In this document: piece by piece, positions 14,191 through 25,994 of the stretch
Layout of the letters: each line of letters begins with the position of its first letter
How positions within the stretch are numbered: position 1 is the stretch's first letter
Assembly (NCBI GenBank): GCA_038087875.1
Contig: CM075995.1
Coordinates: 7,256,001 to 7,320,000 of the forward strand
Length of the DNA stretch: 64,000 nt
Direction: 5' to 3'
Origin: Malacoraja senta
Lineage: Eukaryota
The notes under the pieces: generated by a model
What the model saw: only the letters and a program-made list of their open reading frames with translations
Told to the model about the DNA's origin: nothing
The model's database searches: none
Position numbers and translations under genes: made by a program

Positions 14191-14321
14191 TGTCCCTAGC
14201 GTGTGTAGTAGGGTAGTGTTAGCGTGTGGGGTTCGCTGGTCGGCGGGGAGGAAGGGCTGTTTCTGCTCTGTATCTCTAAACTTAACTAAACCCTATCTCT
14301 GTCCCGCCCACTCCTCTGAGA

Positions 14322-14360
14322 TCAGTCTGAAGAAGGGTCTCGACCCGAAACGTCACCCAT
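14322..14360 (+). ncRNA. Minimal hammerhead ribozyme-like motif in PLE pseudo-LTR
   Basis: CAGU-CUGAAGA-A-GGGUCUCGACCC-GAAAC-GUC-ACC; predicted cleavage after C14354. Confidence 0.55.
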
Positions 14361-15385
14361 TCCCTCTCTCCAGAGATGCTGCCTGTCCCGCTGAGTTACT
14401 CCAGCATTTTCTGTCTACCTTTAACTAAAGGAAACATCTCTTTTTTATCAAGCCTTACCTCATCCTCTCTGGTACATCTTTTCATGGCTGCCTTTCAAAA
14501 GGACCATTCATTGTGTGGCTGTTAAGCACCTTCAGGCCTTTCAGTACATTGGAGGCATTATATAAATGCAATTGTTATTGTTGCTATGTCAACTCACCAA
14601 GTCAGAATGCAAAGTGATAAAAGCTGCAGCATTTGGCTATGTATTGCCTGCTGTTTTGGCCTTACTGATGCAAGTTCAGCTCTAACCTGGGATTTGTTGA
14701 GCGTGCACGCATTTTTAGTTTAGTTTAGGGATATACAGCGCGAAAACAGGCCTTTCGGCCCACCGAATCCGCACCGACCAGCGATCCCCGCACATTCAAG
14801 CCATCCTACACACAATTTACACGTACACCAAGCCAATTAACTTACAAACCTGTACGTCTTTGGGAGTGTGGGAGGAAACCGAAGATCTCGGAGAAAACCC
14901 ACGCAGGTCACGGGGAGGACGTACAAACTCCGTACAGACAGCACCCGCAGTCGGGATCGAACCCGGGTCTCCGGCGCTGCAATAATTATGAGGTAGCAAC
15001 TCTACCGTGGCAAGAGAAAAACTGGCGGCACGGCGGTAGAGTTGCTGCCCTACAGCGCCAGAGACCCGGGTTCCATCCTGACCGCGGGGGCTGTCTGTAC
15101 GGAGTTTGTATGTTCTCCCCGTGACCGCCTGGGTTTCTCCCAGGTGCTCCGGTTTCCTGCCACACTCCAAAGATGTACAGGGTTTGTAGATTAATTGGCT
15201 TTGGTAAAGATTGTAACCTCTCTCTAGTGTGTAAGATAGTGGCTAGTGTACGGAGATCACTGTCGGCGTGGACTCGGTCGCCCAAAGAGGCAGTTTCCGT
15301 GCACTATAGGGCCTGTCCCACTTACGCAACCTTTTCACCGACTGCCGGCACCCGTCATAGGCCGCCGAAAATGTTCAACATGTTG

Positions 15386-15695
15386 GTTGAACACAAATTT
15401 AAAACCGATGCTTGGGATGGGTGAGCAGGGAGGGGGGGGGGGGGGGAGGACAGTGGGGCATATCTCCATTTTTTATTTTGTCTTCTTTCTCTTTTTTCTT
15501 CTCGCAGTTCTTCTTTGGCAGTTCAGGGGTCTTTTCTTTCCTCTTTTTTGCATCTTGCTTCTTTTTCTTAATTCTTTCCATTTTTCTCTTTTTCTCAATC
15601 TATGTATCAATTTTTTTTTTTTCGATTTATGTATCAATTTAATAAAATGTTAAAAATGAAGCTGGACGAAAATTGTAAAAAAAAAAAAAAGAAAA
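15386..15695 (+). mobile_element. L1/Tx1-like retroposon 3' UTR with poly(A), nested in MITE
   Basis: G-run, T-rich UTR, AATAAA, A-rich tail; shares AAAAT(T)GAAGCTG and GGATGGGTG-like segments with the elements at 47164 and 61720. Confidence 0.6.
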
Positions 15696-15884
15696 GAAAA
15701 TTCAGCGGTGGTCAGAAAGGCGCTACAACTCTTTGAGTGACTAGGAGACCTCTCACGACCTATACAGGCGACCCCTGACGACATGTCGCGGGGTGTCACC
15801 AGGGAGCATGTGGTCGTGAGAGGTCGTGAGAGGTCACCAGGGTGTCGCCTGTATGGTTGTGAGTAGTTTCCTAGTCACCCAAAG

Positions 15885-16565
15885 CAGGGGCGGAAAACCC
15901 AGGGGGGGCCAGAGGGGACACGTCCCCCCCCATGTTTTGAAAGGTGAGGGACATCCTCCCCAAGTTTTTGTGATCCGTATTTTAAAATCTCCGCTTTCCG
16001 CGAGACAGTGGGGGTGGGACTGATGATCGAGGGCGCGATGATTGGAGGAGGGAGGAGTGGGGGGGGGGAGGGGGGTGGGACTGAGGATAGAGCGCGGCGA
16101 TTGGAGGAGGGAGACGTGGCACAGACCTGCGCCTCATCCGCAGGCAGGATCGATCCCGGCCGGGTCTCCGGCGCTGTCCCGAGAGCCCCCCATGGGTGGC
16201 CAGAGAGGTCGGGGGTCAGACGCGAGCTGTGCCCCCAGGCCCACAGCCAGCGCAGAGAAACAGCGCTAAACCCAGCTCAACTCTGCCTGTCCCGCCAGGT
16301 GAACCTGCCTGGGCTGGCGGGAAATATGGCCAGCGCGGAGAAGCAGCGCTGGTATCCCGTCAGTCCAGGCAGGGCTGTAGTTAACCCGGTGAGACAGGCA
16401 GAGTTGAGCTGCATTTAGTGCTGGATTGAGCCTCCGAAGCCTCGCGCGTGTGTGTGTGAGTGTGCTCATACGCGCGTGTGTGTGTGAGTGTGCGCATGCG
16501 CGCGCGGCCGCCAAAAAATGGTGTCCCCCGTCCCCTCCATGTTTTGATAGCGAGTTCTGCTCTTG
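15885..16565. mobile_element. Non-autonomous hAT element nested in MITE
   Basis: Perfect 8-bp TSD ACCCAAAG (15877-15884, 16566-16573); degenerate TIRs CAGGGGCGGAA / TTCTGCTCTTG; internal inverted repeat ~16270-16412. Confidence 0.8.
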
Positions 16566-17040
16566 ACCCAAAGAGTCGTCGCGTCTTTCTGGTTGCCGCT
16601 GAATTTTCAACATATTGTCAATTTTCGGTGACCCATGGCGGGTGCCGGCAGTCGCCGAAAAGGTCGCGTAAGTGGGACAGGCCCTTATCTCTAATACTAA
16701 AACTAAAAGTAAAACTCAAACACTAACGAAAGATGAGGATGAGAAGTAAGGAGGGAGCATGCACTCTGGAGAACCCCTTTAATGCGTTAGACTTTAGAGA
16801 TCCAGCGTGGAAACAGGCCCTTTGGCCCACCGAGTCCGCGCCGACCCGCAATCACCCCGTACACTGGCACTATCCTACACACTAGTGACAATTTACAATT
16901 TATAGAAGCCAATTAACTAACAAATCTGTACGTCTTTGGATGTGGGAGAACACCGGAGCACCCGGAGAAAACCCACGCAATGACAGGAAGAACAGACAGC
17001 TCCCATGGTCAGGATCGAACCCGGGTCTCTGGCGATGTAA

Positions 17041-17433
17041 AGGGCCTGTCCCACTTAGGAGACCTAAACAGCAACCTCTGGTGACCTTGCCCGCCACCCA
17101 AAAAAAAATCAAGGTCGAAGTGACCTGCAACCTCCTACCACCTCCCACGCATATGTTGAAAACCTTCCTCGACTATGAAGAAAACCGGCTTCGACTCGAC
17201 CTGCGACTAAAAAATTATCGATTTTTAAAACGGCAACCTATTTTTAGTCGAGGAGGCCGGTTTTAATCACGATGAAAAAATAGCAGCAACCTAGATGAAG
17301 CCTCGACCACGCGGAAACCACTTTCGACCATTGGGGAGAGTGACCAAAACCTCCGGTGACCTCATGGAAACCTTGGGTGGCGGGCAAGGTGACCAGAGGT
17401 TGCCGTTTAGGTCTCCTAAGTGGGACAGGCCCT
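17041..17433. mobile_element. Harbinger-like MITE inserted in a SINE head
   Basis: ~60-bp TIRs starting AGGGCCTGTCCCACTTAGGAGACC; SINE sequence resumes on both sides. Confidence 0.8.
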
Positions 17434-17842
17434 TTATAGGCAGCAACTCTACCGCTGCTGCACTGTGCCGAGGCATTCACAGGGTAAAGTGATCAGGCTA
17501 AACATTCTTTCAGTTTCCCCATTCCACAAGGATTCTGTCTTAAAACCACCCTGTCGCTGATTACTGTAGCATCCATGGTGATAGAATAACACAGTAACAA
17601 CACCATTGAAATTCTGCACCAGATTTATGCATCAAACCACCAATTCATTACCCAACGCATTGCCTCAGTGCTAACATTCTGTCTTTTGTTTCCAGTCACT
17701 GTGCTAGTGTGGAGCGCTCCCTAGTAACTGCAGTACAGCTCGCAGTGTACGAGACTTGAGTTTAGAGGTACAGTGTGGAAACAGGCCCACCGAGTCCGCA
17801 CCGACCAGCGATCCCCCACGCATCCAAGAATGAGTAGGATAA

Positions 17843-18435
17843 CTTCTGCAGTTGTACAGAGCCCTAGTGAGACCACACCTGGAGTATTGTTTGCAGTTTT
17901 GGTCCCCTAATTTGTGGAAGGACATTCTTGCTATTGAGGGAGTGCAGCGTAGGTTCACAAGGTTAATTCCCGGGATGGCGGGACTGTCGTATACTGAGAG
18001 AATGGAGCAGCTGGGCTTGTACACTCTGGAGTTTAGAAGGATGAGAGGGAATCTCTTTGAAACATATAAGATTGTTAAGGGCTTCGACACGCTAGAGGCA
18101 GGAAACATGTTCCCGATGTTGGGGGAGTCCAGAACCAGGGGCCACAGTTTAAGAATAAGGAGTAAGCCATTTAGAACGGAGACGAGGAAACACTTTTTCT
18201 CACAGAGAGTGGTGAGTCTGTGGAATTCTCTGCCTCAGAGGGCGGTGGAGGCAGGTTCTCTGGATGCTTTCAAGAGAGAGCTAGATAGGGCTCTTAAAAA
18301 TAGCGGAGTCAGGGGATATGGGGAGAAGGCAGGAACGGGGTACTGATTGGGGATGATCAGCCATGATCACAATAAATGGCGGTGCTGGCTCAAAGGGCCA
18401 AATGGCCTACTCCTGCACCTATTGTCTATTGTCTA
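17843..18435 (+). mobile_element. CR1-clade LINE 3' fragment with open ORF2 C-terminus
   Basis: ORF 17852-18346 [12 protein letters not shown]...GYGEKAGTGY*, then 3' UTR and TCTATTG tail. Confidence 0.9.
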
Positions 18436-19420
18436 TAACCTATGATGAGCGTTTGTCGGCACTAAGCCTGCACTCGCTGGAGTTGATAAGAATGAGGGGG
18501 GACCTCATTGAAACAATCAGAATAGTGAAAGGCTTGGATAGAGTGGATGTGGAGAGGATGTTTCCACGAGTGGGAGAGTCTAGGACTAGAGGTTATAGCA
18601 TGAGAATTAAAGCACATTCTTCTAGGAAGATGAAGAGAAATTTCTTTAGTCAGAGGATGGTGAATCTGTGAAATTCATAGCCGCAGAAGGCTGGTGAGGC
18701 CAAGTCAGTGGATCATTTTTAGGCAGAGACTAGACTAAGTGGGACCCGTTGGGTCACAAAGGGAGGCCTGGTTCCCCAACTCAACCCAACCCATTCCCCA
18801 GCACAATATTCCACCACTCACCCATAGCCCCTAACTGCGCAGGCGCGGCTTATTTCCCCTCATCCCCCAGCACTCCCTCCCCCTCCTCTTCATGTGTGGG
18901 AGGGAAGTGGGGTGTGTGGCGGGGGGGGGGGTAGTAGGGGGGTAGGGGGGCGTGTGGGGTGGGAGGGGAGGAGGGGTGTGTGTGGACAGGAAGGTATAGG
19001 AGGGGGGGAGAGAGTGGTGGGGGGAGAGGAGGTGTGGGGGAGGGGGGGTGTTGGGGGGTATGGGGTAGGGTGGGGTGGGAGGTGTGTATGTGTGGGCGGG
19101 GGGGGTGAGGGCAAGAGGGGTGTGTGGGCGGGGGGGTGTGTGGGGGGGGTGTTGCGAGTGGGTGTGTGTGGGCAGGGAGGGCGGGTGTGTGGGCGGGGGG
19201 TGTGTGGCAGGGGGGTTTGTGGGGGAGTGGGGTGTGTGTGGGCGGGTGTGTGTGTGTGGGCAGGGGGGGTTGTGTGGGGGGAGAGGGGTGTGAGTGCAGG
19301 GGGGGAGTTGTGGGGGGAGAGGGGTGTGTGGGCAGGGGTGAGTGAGCACCTAGAAAAGGCGGGGGAAGAGCCATGAGGGAGAGGGGGGGAGAGGGGGAGG
19401 AGCCAGAGAGGGGGACTCAC

Positions 19421-20479
19421 AGCGGGCACTGGTCGTTCTCCTCCACCGGGATCGGAGTCTCCGCTTTCCGTTTGGCGACATTGGCGACTCTGGGCTGGGC
19501 TAGGTCTCCCACACTGGGCTGGGTCGGGTCTCCGACACTGGGCTGCTCGACGCTGGGCTGCTCGGGGCTGAGCTGCTTGAGGCTGGGCTGCTTGGGACTG
19601 GGCTGCTTGGGGCTGGGCTGCTTGGGACTGGGCTGCTTGGGGCTGAGCTGCTTGGGGCTGGGCTGCTCGGGGCTGAGCTGCTTGAGGCTGGGCTGCTTGG
19701 GACTGGGCTGCTTGGGGCTGGGCTGCTTGGGGCTGAGCTGCTCGACGCTGGGCTGCTTGGGGCTGGGCTGCTTGGGGCTGAGCTGCTTGAGGCTGGGCTG
19801 CTTGGGGCTGGGCTGCTTGGGGCTGAGCTGCTTGAGGCTGGGCTGCTTGGGGCTGGGCTGCTTGGGGCTGAGCTGCTTGAGGCTGGGCTGCTTGGGGCTG
19901 GGCTGCTTGGGGCTGAGCTGCTTGAGGCTGGGCTGCTTGGGGCTGGGCTGCTTGGGGCTGGGCTGGGCTGCTCGACGCTGGGCTGCTTGGGTCTGGGCTG
20001 CTTGGGGCTGGGCTGCTTGGGGCTGAGCTCCTTGAGGCTGGGCTGCTTGAGGCTGGGCTGCTTGGGACTGGGCTGCTTGGGGGCTGGGCTGGGCTGCTCG
20101 ACGCAGGGCTGCTTGGGACTGGGCTGCTTGGGGCTGGGCTGCTTGAGGCTGGGCTGCTTGGGGCTGGGCTGGGCTGCTTGAGGCTGGGCTGCTTGGGACT
20201 GGGCTGCTTGGGGGCTGGGCTGGGCTGCTCGACGCAGGGCTGCTTGGGACTGAGCTGCTTGGGGCTGGGCTGCTCGACGCAGGGCTGCTTGGGACCGGGC
20301 TGCTTGGGACTGGGCTGCTTGGGGCTGGGCTGCTCGGGGCTGGGCTGCTCGGGGCTGGGCTGCTAGGGGCTGGGTTGCTTGGGGCTGGGCTGTTTGGGAC
20401 TGGGCTGCCTGGGGGCTGGGCTGGGCTGCCTCGGGTCCCTCCAAAAGTCCGGTTGGAAACCTCCGCCGGCCATCCTCAT
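19421..20479 (-). pseudogene. Putative captured first coding exon inside the Helitron (disrupted)
   Basis: ATG at 20479 ([16 protein letters not shown]), KQPSP-type repeats, ends ...VANVAKRKAETPIPVEENDQCP(L)|GTGAGT; one in-frame TAG and two 5-bp frameshifts in the repeat. Confidence 0.45.
19490..20430. repeat. 15-bp minisatellite (GGGCTGCTTGGGGCT)n inside Helitron
   Basis: Roughly 60 units with variants; source of the LGCLG / KQPSP / PSSPA ORFs. Confidence 0.95.
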
Positions 20480-21281
20480 CTCCAGTAAAGACGCGATGGC
20501 GCAGGAAGGGGCGGACCGTTCCGGGGAGTGACAGGGGAAGAGACTAAACCGTGCGGCGCTGAACGGCAGCAGAAGAGATCGATCTGCGCACGCGCGGTTT
20601 TAAAGATTTTTAAACCTCGCTAACTTTTACAACATTCAATCGATCGGAACGGAACTTGGTGCACTCGCAGCACAAGAGAACGGTGAGTGAACTGGCAAAA
20701 AATTCAAGCGCTATCGCGAACCGTTTTTGCACAAATAGAAAGACCGTCAAACCGTAAGAAAACAAGATCAGAGTTTTAGTTATGTGTGGATAGATAGATT
20801 CTTGATTAGTACGGGTGTCAGAGGTTATGGGGAGAAGGCAGGAGAATGGGGTTAGGAGGGAGAGATAGATCAGCCATAATTGAATGACGGAGTAGACTTG
20901 ATGGGCCGAATGGCCTAATTCTACTTCCATCATTTATGACCTTATGACCTCATGACATGTGTCGGAGGAAACCGAAGCACCTTGAGAAATCCACGCAGGT
21001 CACGGGGAGAACGTACTAACACGGTGCAGACAGTGTCCGCAGTCAGGATCGAACACGGGTCTCTGGTGTTTTCTGAGGCAGCGACTCTACCGCTGCGCCT
21101 CCGTGATGCCCCCAAGTTCAGTTAAAAACAAGGGTTTACCGTACTGCGCTTGAAAATCAGGGTCCCTGCTCTCCCTCTGAGCTATGATGAGCACCTCTGC
21201 TATGATTGCAAAACATCTTAGGTACAGACTGGTTTTTATCAACATGTGTTTGTTTAGACTCGTGTTTTTTAATCTACTTAC

Positions 21282-21402
21282 GCAATAATGCCCCGGGCAA
21301 TGAGCTGGGTCATTTGAGAACAGCTGATGCTGGGTGTGGTTACTATGCTGGTGTCTGGAACCAGATTTACCGAGCAGAAGACGCATGCATTTTCAGCATT
21401 GC
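21282..21402 (-). other. Candidate 121-bp exon of an unidentified transcript
   Basis: Non-repeat sequence bounded by TTTTTCTCTGTTCAACCTCCCGCAG acceptor and GTAAGT donor; one frame open (NAENACVFCSVNLVPDTSIVTTPSISCSQMTQLIARGII), no recognisable homology. Confidence 0.35.
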
Positions 21403-21599
21403 CTGCGGGAGGTTGAACAGAGAAAAATACACATTTCTATTCGAGCAGATGTTTACCTGAACCATCCAGCTTACTCACAGACATCATGAGACGCGTAGAT
21501 AAGGTAGACAGCCAGAACCTTTTTCCCCCCCGAGGTGAAAATGCCCCAAATTAGCGGGCATAGTTTAATTTTCATGTTCATGTTATAGGAACAGAATTA

Positions 21600-22470
21600 G
21601 TCAAGTCAAGTCAAGTCACTTTTATTTCTATAGCACATTTTAAAAACAACTCTTGTTGGCCAAAGTGCTTGACATTGGTGGAGGTACTAATGTTATGCAA
21701 CAGTGGTTCATAGATTAAGTACATACATAAATATATACATGTAGCCCTCCCTCAGAGGACGTCAAGAAAGGCTTGAGAATAAAGATGAGTTTTAAGTCTC
21801 GACTTAAAGGAGTCGATGGAGGGGGCAGTTCTGATGGGAAGAGGGATGCTGTTCCACAGTCTAGGAGCTGCAACCGCAAAGGCGCGGTCGCCCCCGAGCT
21901 TATGCCTAGACCGCGGGATGTTCAGTAACCCCAAGTCGGCCGATCTGAGGGACCTGGAGGTGGAGTGGTGGGTAAGCAGACTTTTGATGTAGGTGGGGGC
22001 AAGCCCATTGAGGGCTTTGTAGACATAGAGGAGGATCTTGAAATTTATACGGAACCGCACAGGGAGCCAGTGGAGAGAGGCCAGGATCGGGGTGATGTGG
22101 TCCCTTTTTCGGGTGCCCGTCAGGAGTCTCGCTGCGGTGTTTTGGACCAGTTGCAGGCAGGACAGGGGAGATTGGCTGATGCCAGTGTAAAGGGAGTTGC
22201 AGGAGGAGATAAATGTGTGGATGATCTTTTCGAGGTCATCAAACTGGAGGAATTGTTTTATTTTAGCTATCGTCCGAAGCTGGAAGAAGCTAGCTTTTAC
22301 CACGGCATTGACTTGTTTGTCAAATTTCAATGCTGAGTCAAATATCACGCCAAGGTTTTTGACATGAGGTTTGAGTAGTGGGGTAAGGCTTCCAAGGCTG
22401 CCTGCTATCATTTTGATTGAGTCGGAGGGGCCGAGAAGGATGACCTCAGACTTACTCTCGTTTAGTTGGA
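21600..22470 (-). mobile_element. L2-clade LINE 3' fragment
   Basis: ORF 21752-22411: VKNLGVIFDS.L.F..QV....F.QLR.I...LQLVQN.AARLL...HITP.LASLHWLPV..RI.FK...RAF.VAAP.LWNS.P; (GACTT)n tail. Confidence 0.9.
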
Positions 22471-23798
22471 TTTAGGCATTAGGCCATTCAGCCCATCAAG
22501 TCTACTCCGCCATTCAATCATGGCCGATCTAACATCCCCTCTCAACCCCATTCTCCTGCCTTCTCCCCATAACCCCCGACACCCGTACTAATCAAGAATC
22601 TGTCAATCTTCACCTGAAAAATATCCATTGATTTAGCCTCCAATGCCTTCTGTGGCAATGAATTCCACAGATTCATCACCCTCTGACTAAAGAAATTCCT
22701 CCTCATCTCCTTTCTAAAGGTACATTCTTTTATTCTATGGCCTCCGGTCCTAGACTCTCCCATTAGTGGAACCATGCTCTCCACATCTTTCTGAAGAAGG
22801 GTCTCAACCTGAACCGTCACCCATTCCGTCTCTCCAGAGATGCGGCCCGCCCCGCTGAGTTACTCCAGCGTTTTGTGACTATCTTCGATTTATACCAGCA
22901 TCTGCAGTTTTTTTCCTACACATTCTCCCCACATCTTTGTTTAGTTTAGTTTAGTTTATTATGATCACATGTGCCGAGGTACAGTGAAAAACCTTTTAGT
23001 TTGGTTTAGTTTAGAGATACAGCACAGAAACAGGCCCTTCGGCCCACCGGGTCCGCGCCGACCAGCGATCCTCGCACATTAACGCTATCCCACACATACT
23101 AGGGACAATTTTTTTTTACATTTACCAAGCCAATTAACCTCCAGACCTGCACGTCTTTGAAATGTTGGAGGAAACCGAAGATCTCGGAGAAAGCCCACGC
23201 AGGTCACGGGGAGAACGTACAAACTCCGTACAGACAGCACCCATAGTCGGGATGGAACCCGGGTCTCCGGGGCTGCATTCGCTGTAAGGCGGCAACTGTT
23301 ATCCAGTCAGCGTAAAGACTATACATGATCACAATGAAGCCGTCCACAGTGTACAGATACTGGATACAGGGAATAACATTCAGTGCAAGGTAAAGTCCAA
23401 TTAAAGACAGCTCAAACGTCTCCAATGGGGGAGATGGGAGGTCAGGACCACTCTCTCATTGGTGAGAGGACGGTTCAATTGTCCGATAGCAGTTGGGAGG
23501 AAACTATCCCTGAATCGGGAGGTGTGCGTTTTCAACCTTCTGTACCTCTGCCTGATGGGAGTGGGGGCATAACCACAAGGTGAGAGGGGGGAAAGTTTAA
23601 TGGAGATGTGCGAAGCAATTCTTTTTTTTTAACGCAGAGACCAGTGGGTGCCTGGAACGCATTGCCGGCAGAGGCAGATATGAGAGTGGTGATTAAGAGG
23701 CTTCTAGATAGGCACGTGGAAGTGCGGATAGCAGAGGGATATGGATCATGTACAAGCAGTTTGTGATCAGATGTGCACGAGATAGCCCGGCTGTTGGC

Positions 23799-24385
23799 TC
23801 CTTCTGCAGTTGTACAGAGCCCTAGTGAGACCACACCTGGAGTATTGTGTGCAGTTTTGGTCCCCGAATTTGAGGAAGGACATTCTTGCTATTGAGGGAC
23901 TGCAGCGTAGGTTTACAAGGTTGATTCCCGGGATGGCGGGACTGTCATATGCTGAGAGAATGGAGCAGCTGGGCTTGTACACTCTGGAGTTTAGAAGGAT
24001 GAGAGGGGATCTCATTGAAACATATAAGATTGTTAAGGGCTTGGACACGCTAGAGGCAGAAAACATGTTCCCGATGTTGGTGGAGTCCAGAACCAGGGGC
24101 CACAGTTTAAGAATAAGGAGTCAGCCATTTAGAATGGAGACGAGGAAACACTTTTTCTCACAGAGTGGTGAGTTTGTGGAATTCTCTGCCTCAGAGGGCA
24201 GTGGAGGCAGGTTCTCTGGATGCTTTCAAGAGAGAGCTAGATAGGGCTCTTAAAGATAGCGGATATGGGGAGAAGCCAGGAACGGGGTACTGATTGGGGA
24301 TGATCAGCCATGATCACATTGAATGGCGGTGCTGGCTCGAAGGGCCAAATGGCCTACTCCTGCACCTATTGTCTATTGTCTATTG
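23799..24385 (+). mobile_element. CR1-clade LINE 3' fragment
   Basis: [21 protein letters not shown]... through the TCTATTG tail. Confidence 0.9.
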
Positions 24386-24464
24386 AAACCGGGCAAAACC
24401 CACGGGGTCACAGGGAGAACATACAAACTCCTCACAGTCAACACTTGAGGATCGAACACGGGTA

Positions 24465-25010
24465 TCTGAGTACCTGCGTTCAGTTCTGGGCACCATGTTA
24501 TAGGAAAGATATTGTCAAGCTTGAAAGGGTTCAGAAGAGATTAAGAGGATGTTGCCAGGACTAGAGGGTGTGAGCTACAGGGAGAGGTTGAGTAGGCTGG
24601 GTCTCTATTCCATGGAGCGCAGGAGGATGAGGGGAGATCTTATAGAGGTGTACAAAATCATGAGAGGAATAGATCAGGTAGATGCACAGAGTCTCTTGCC
24701 CAGAGTAGGGGAATCAAAGACCAGAGGACATAGGTTTAAGGTGAAGGGGAAAAGATTTAATAGGAATCCGAGGGGTAGCTTTTTCACACAAAGGGTGGTG
24801 GGTGTATGGAACGAGCTGCCAGAGGAGGTAGTTGAGGCTGGGACTATCACATCGATTAAGAAACAGTTGGACAGGTAAATGGATAGGACAGGTTTGGAGG
24901 GTTATGGACCAAGCGCAGGCAGATGGGACTAGTGTAGATGGGACATTGTTGGGCGGTGTGGGCGAGTTGGGCCGAAGGGCCTGTTTCCACACTGTATCAC
25001 TCTATGACTA
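24465..25010 (+). mobile_element. CR1-clade LINE of HER1 type (3' tail shared with the SINE)
   Basis: CVQFWAP..KD..KLERVQ...RGDLIEVYKIM...FFTQRVVGVWNELP; ends GGGCCGAAGGGCCTGTTTCC...CTATGA, the same tail as the SINEs. Confidence 0.85.
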
Positions 25011-25994
25011 TCTATTCCCCTCATGATCTTATACCCTTGCTGTTATCAGGCAACTGAACCATCTTATCACCAACTAGAGAGGGGTCCTGATCTACCATCT
25101 ACCGTATTGGAGACCATTGGACTATCTTTAATCGGACATTACTGGATTTTATCAGATGGCTTGATTGCATCATATATATCATTTCAGCTGACTGGATAGC
25201 ACGCAACAAAAAAGAGCTTTTCATTGTACCTCGGTACACGTGACAATAAACTAAACTAAACTCTATAAGATCACCCCTCATCCTCCTGCGTTTCAAGGAA
25301 TAAAGCCTATTAGCTCATTTTGTCTATTTAAAAATACACTTTTACCTTTCCTTATAAAACCATGTACCTGTTTCTAGTATTAGAGTCTTCGAGCTCCTTT
25401 ATCTAGCTTGCTCTGAGTGTGATCATTTGGCATAACTATTGTATATGCATGGCCATTACACTTATGTATTATTGTATTGCATAGTGTAACAAGGTCTTAT
25501 ATTGTATTATGTCACAATATCATGAAATAATATATTATGTAATAATGTTGATAGTATGTATTAACGTACGATGTATGATAGGTGGTATATGGTATTATGC
25601 ACTAACATTATGCTGTATCACATAACTTTAGTTATTATTGGATTTGTAAAGTTAATTAACAATTGTTATAAACTATAACAAGTGGGGATGGAGGGGTTTT
25701 GGGGATTGGTGTGTGGGTAGGTGGGTCAATGAGAGCCTCTATGTATGTTATGTCTTGTGCTGTATGTTCTATGTTGGACCCCCTCGACAACGAGATGACT
25801 GTCCATCTCAAGGGGTTATCCATGAATAAACTTGTTTCAAGCCCCAGCCTACTCAACCTCTCCCCATAGCGCAGCCCTCGTGCTGGCATTGTTCCCACAC
25901 AACGTCTGAAGAAGGGCCTTGACGCGAGACGTCACCCATTCCTTCTCTCCAGAGATGCTGCCTATCCCGCTGAGTTTGTGTCTTTCTTTGGTTT

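Larger units (their letters stand above)
15308..16685. mobile_element. Non-autonomous TIR element (PIF/Harbinger-like MITE) inserted in a SINE tail, with two nested insertions
   Basis: TIRs AGGGCCTGTCCCACTTACGC...GCGTAAGTGGGACAGGCCCT with extended sub-terminal complementarity; short TA-rich target; superfamily call is from TIR style only. Confidence 0.75.
18730..20790 (-). mobile_element. Non-autonomous Helitron (2061 bp)
   Basis: Minus strand starts TC(CACACATAACTAAAA) and ends GACCC-AAC-GGGTC hairpin + CCACTTAGT + CTAG; inserted between A and T of a CR1 copy (GGCAGAGA|TAGATAGATTC is restored on removal) with no TSD. Confidence 0.85.

Noticed and set aside
19373..20444. LGCLG (217 aa) and AAQP/PSSPA (314 aa) ORFs as real proteins
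   Set aside because: Products of a 15-bp minisatellite; the 314-aa ORF starts at TTG and drifts through three repeat phases
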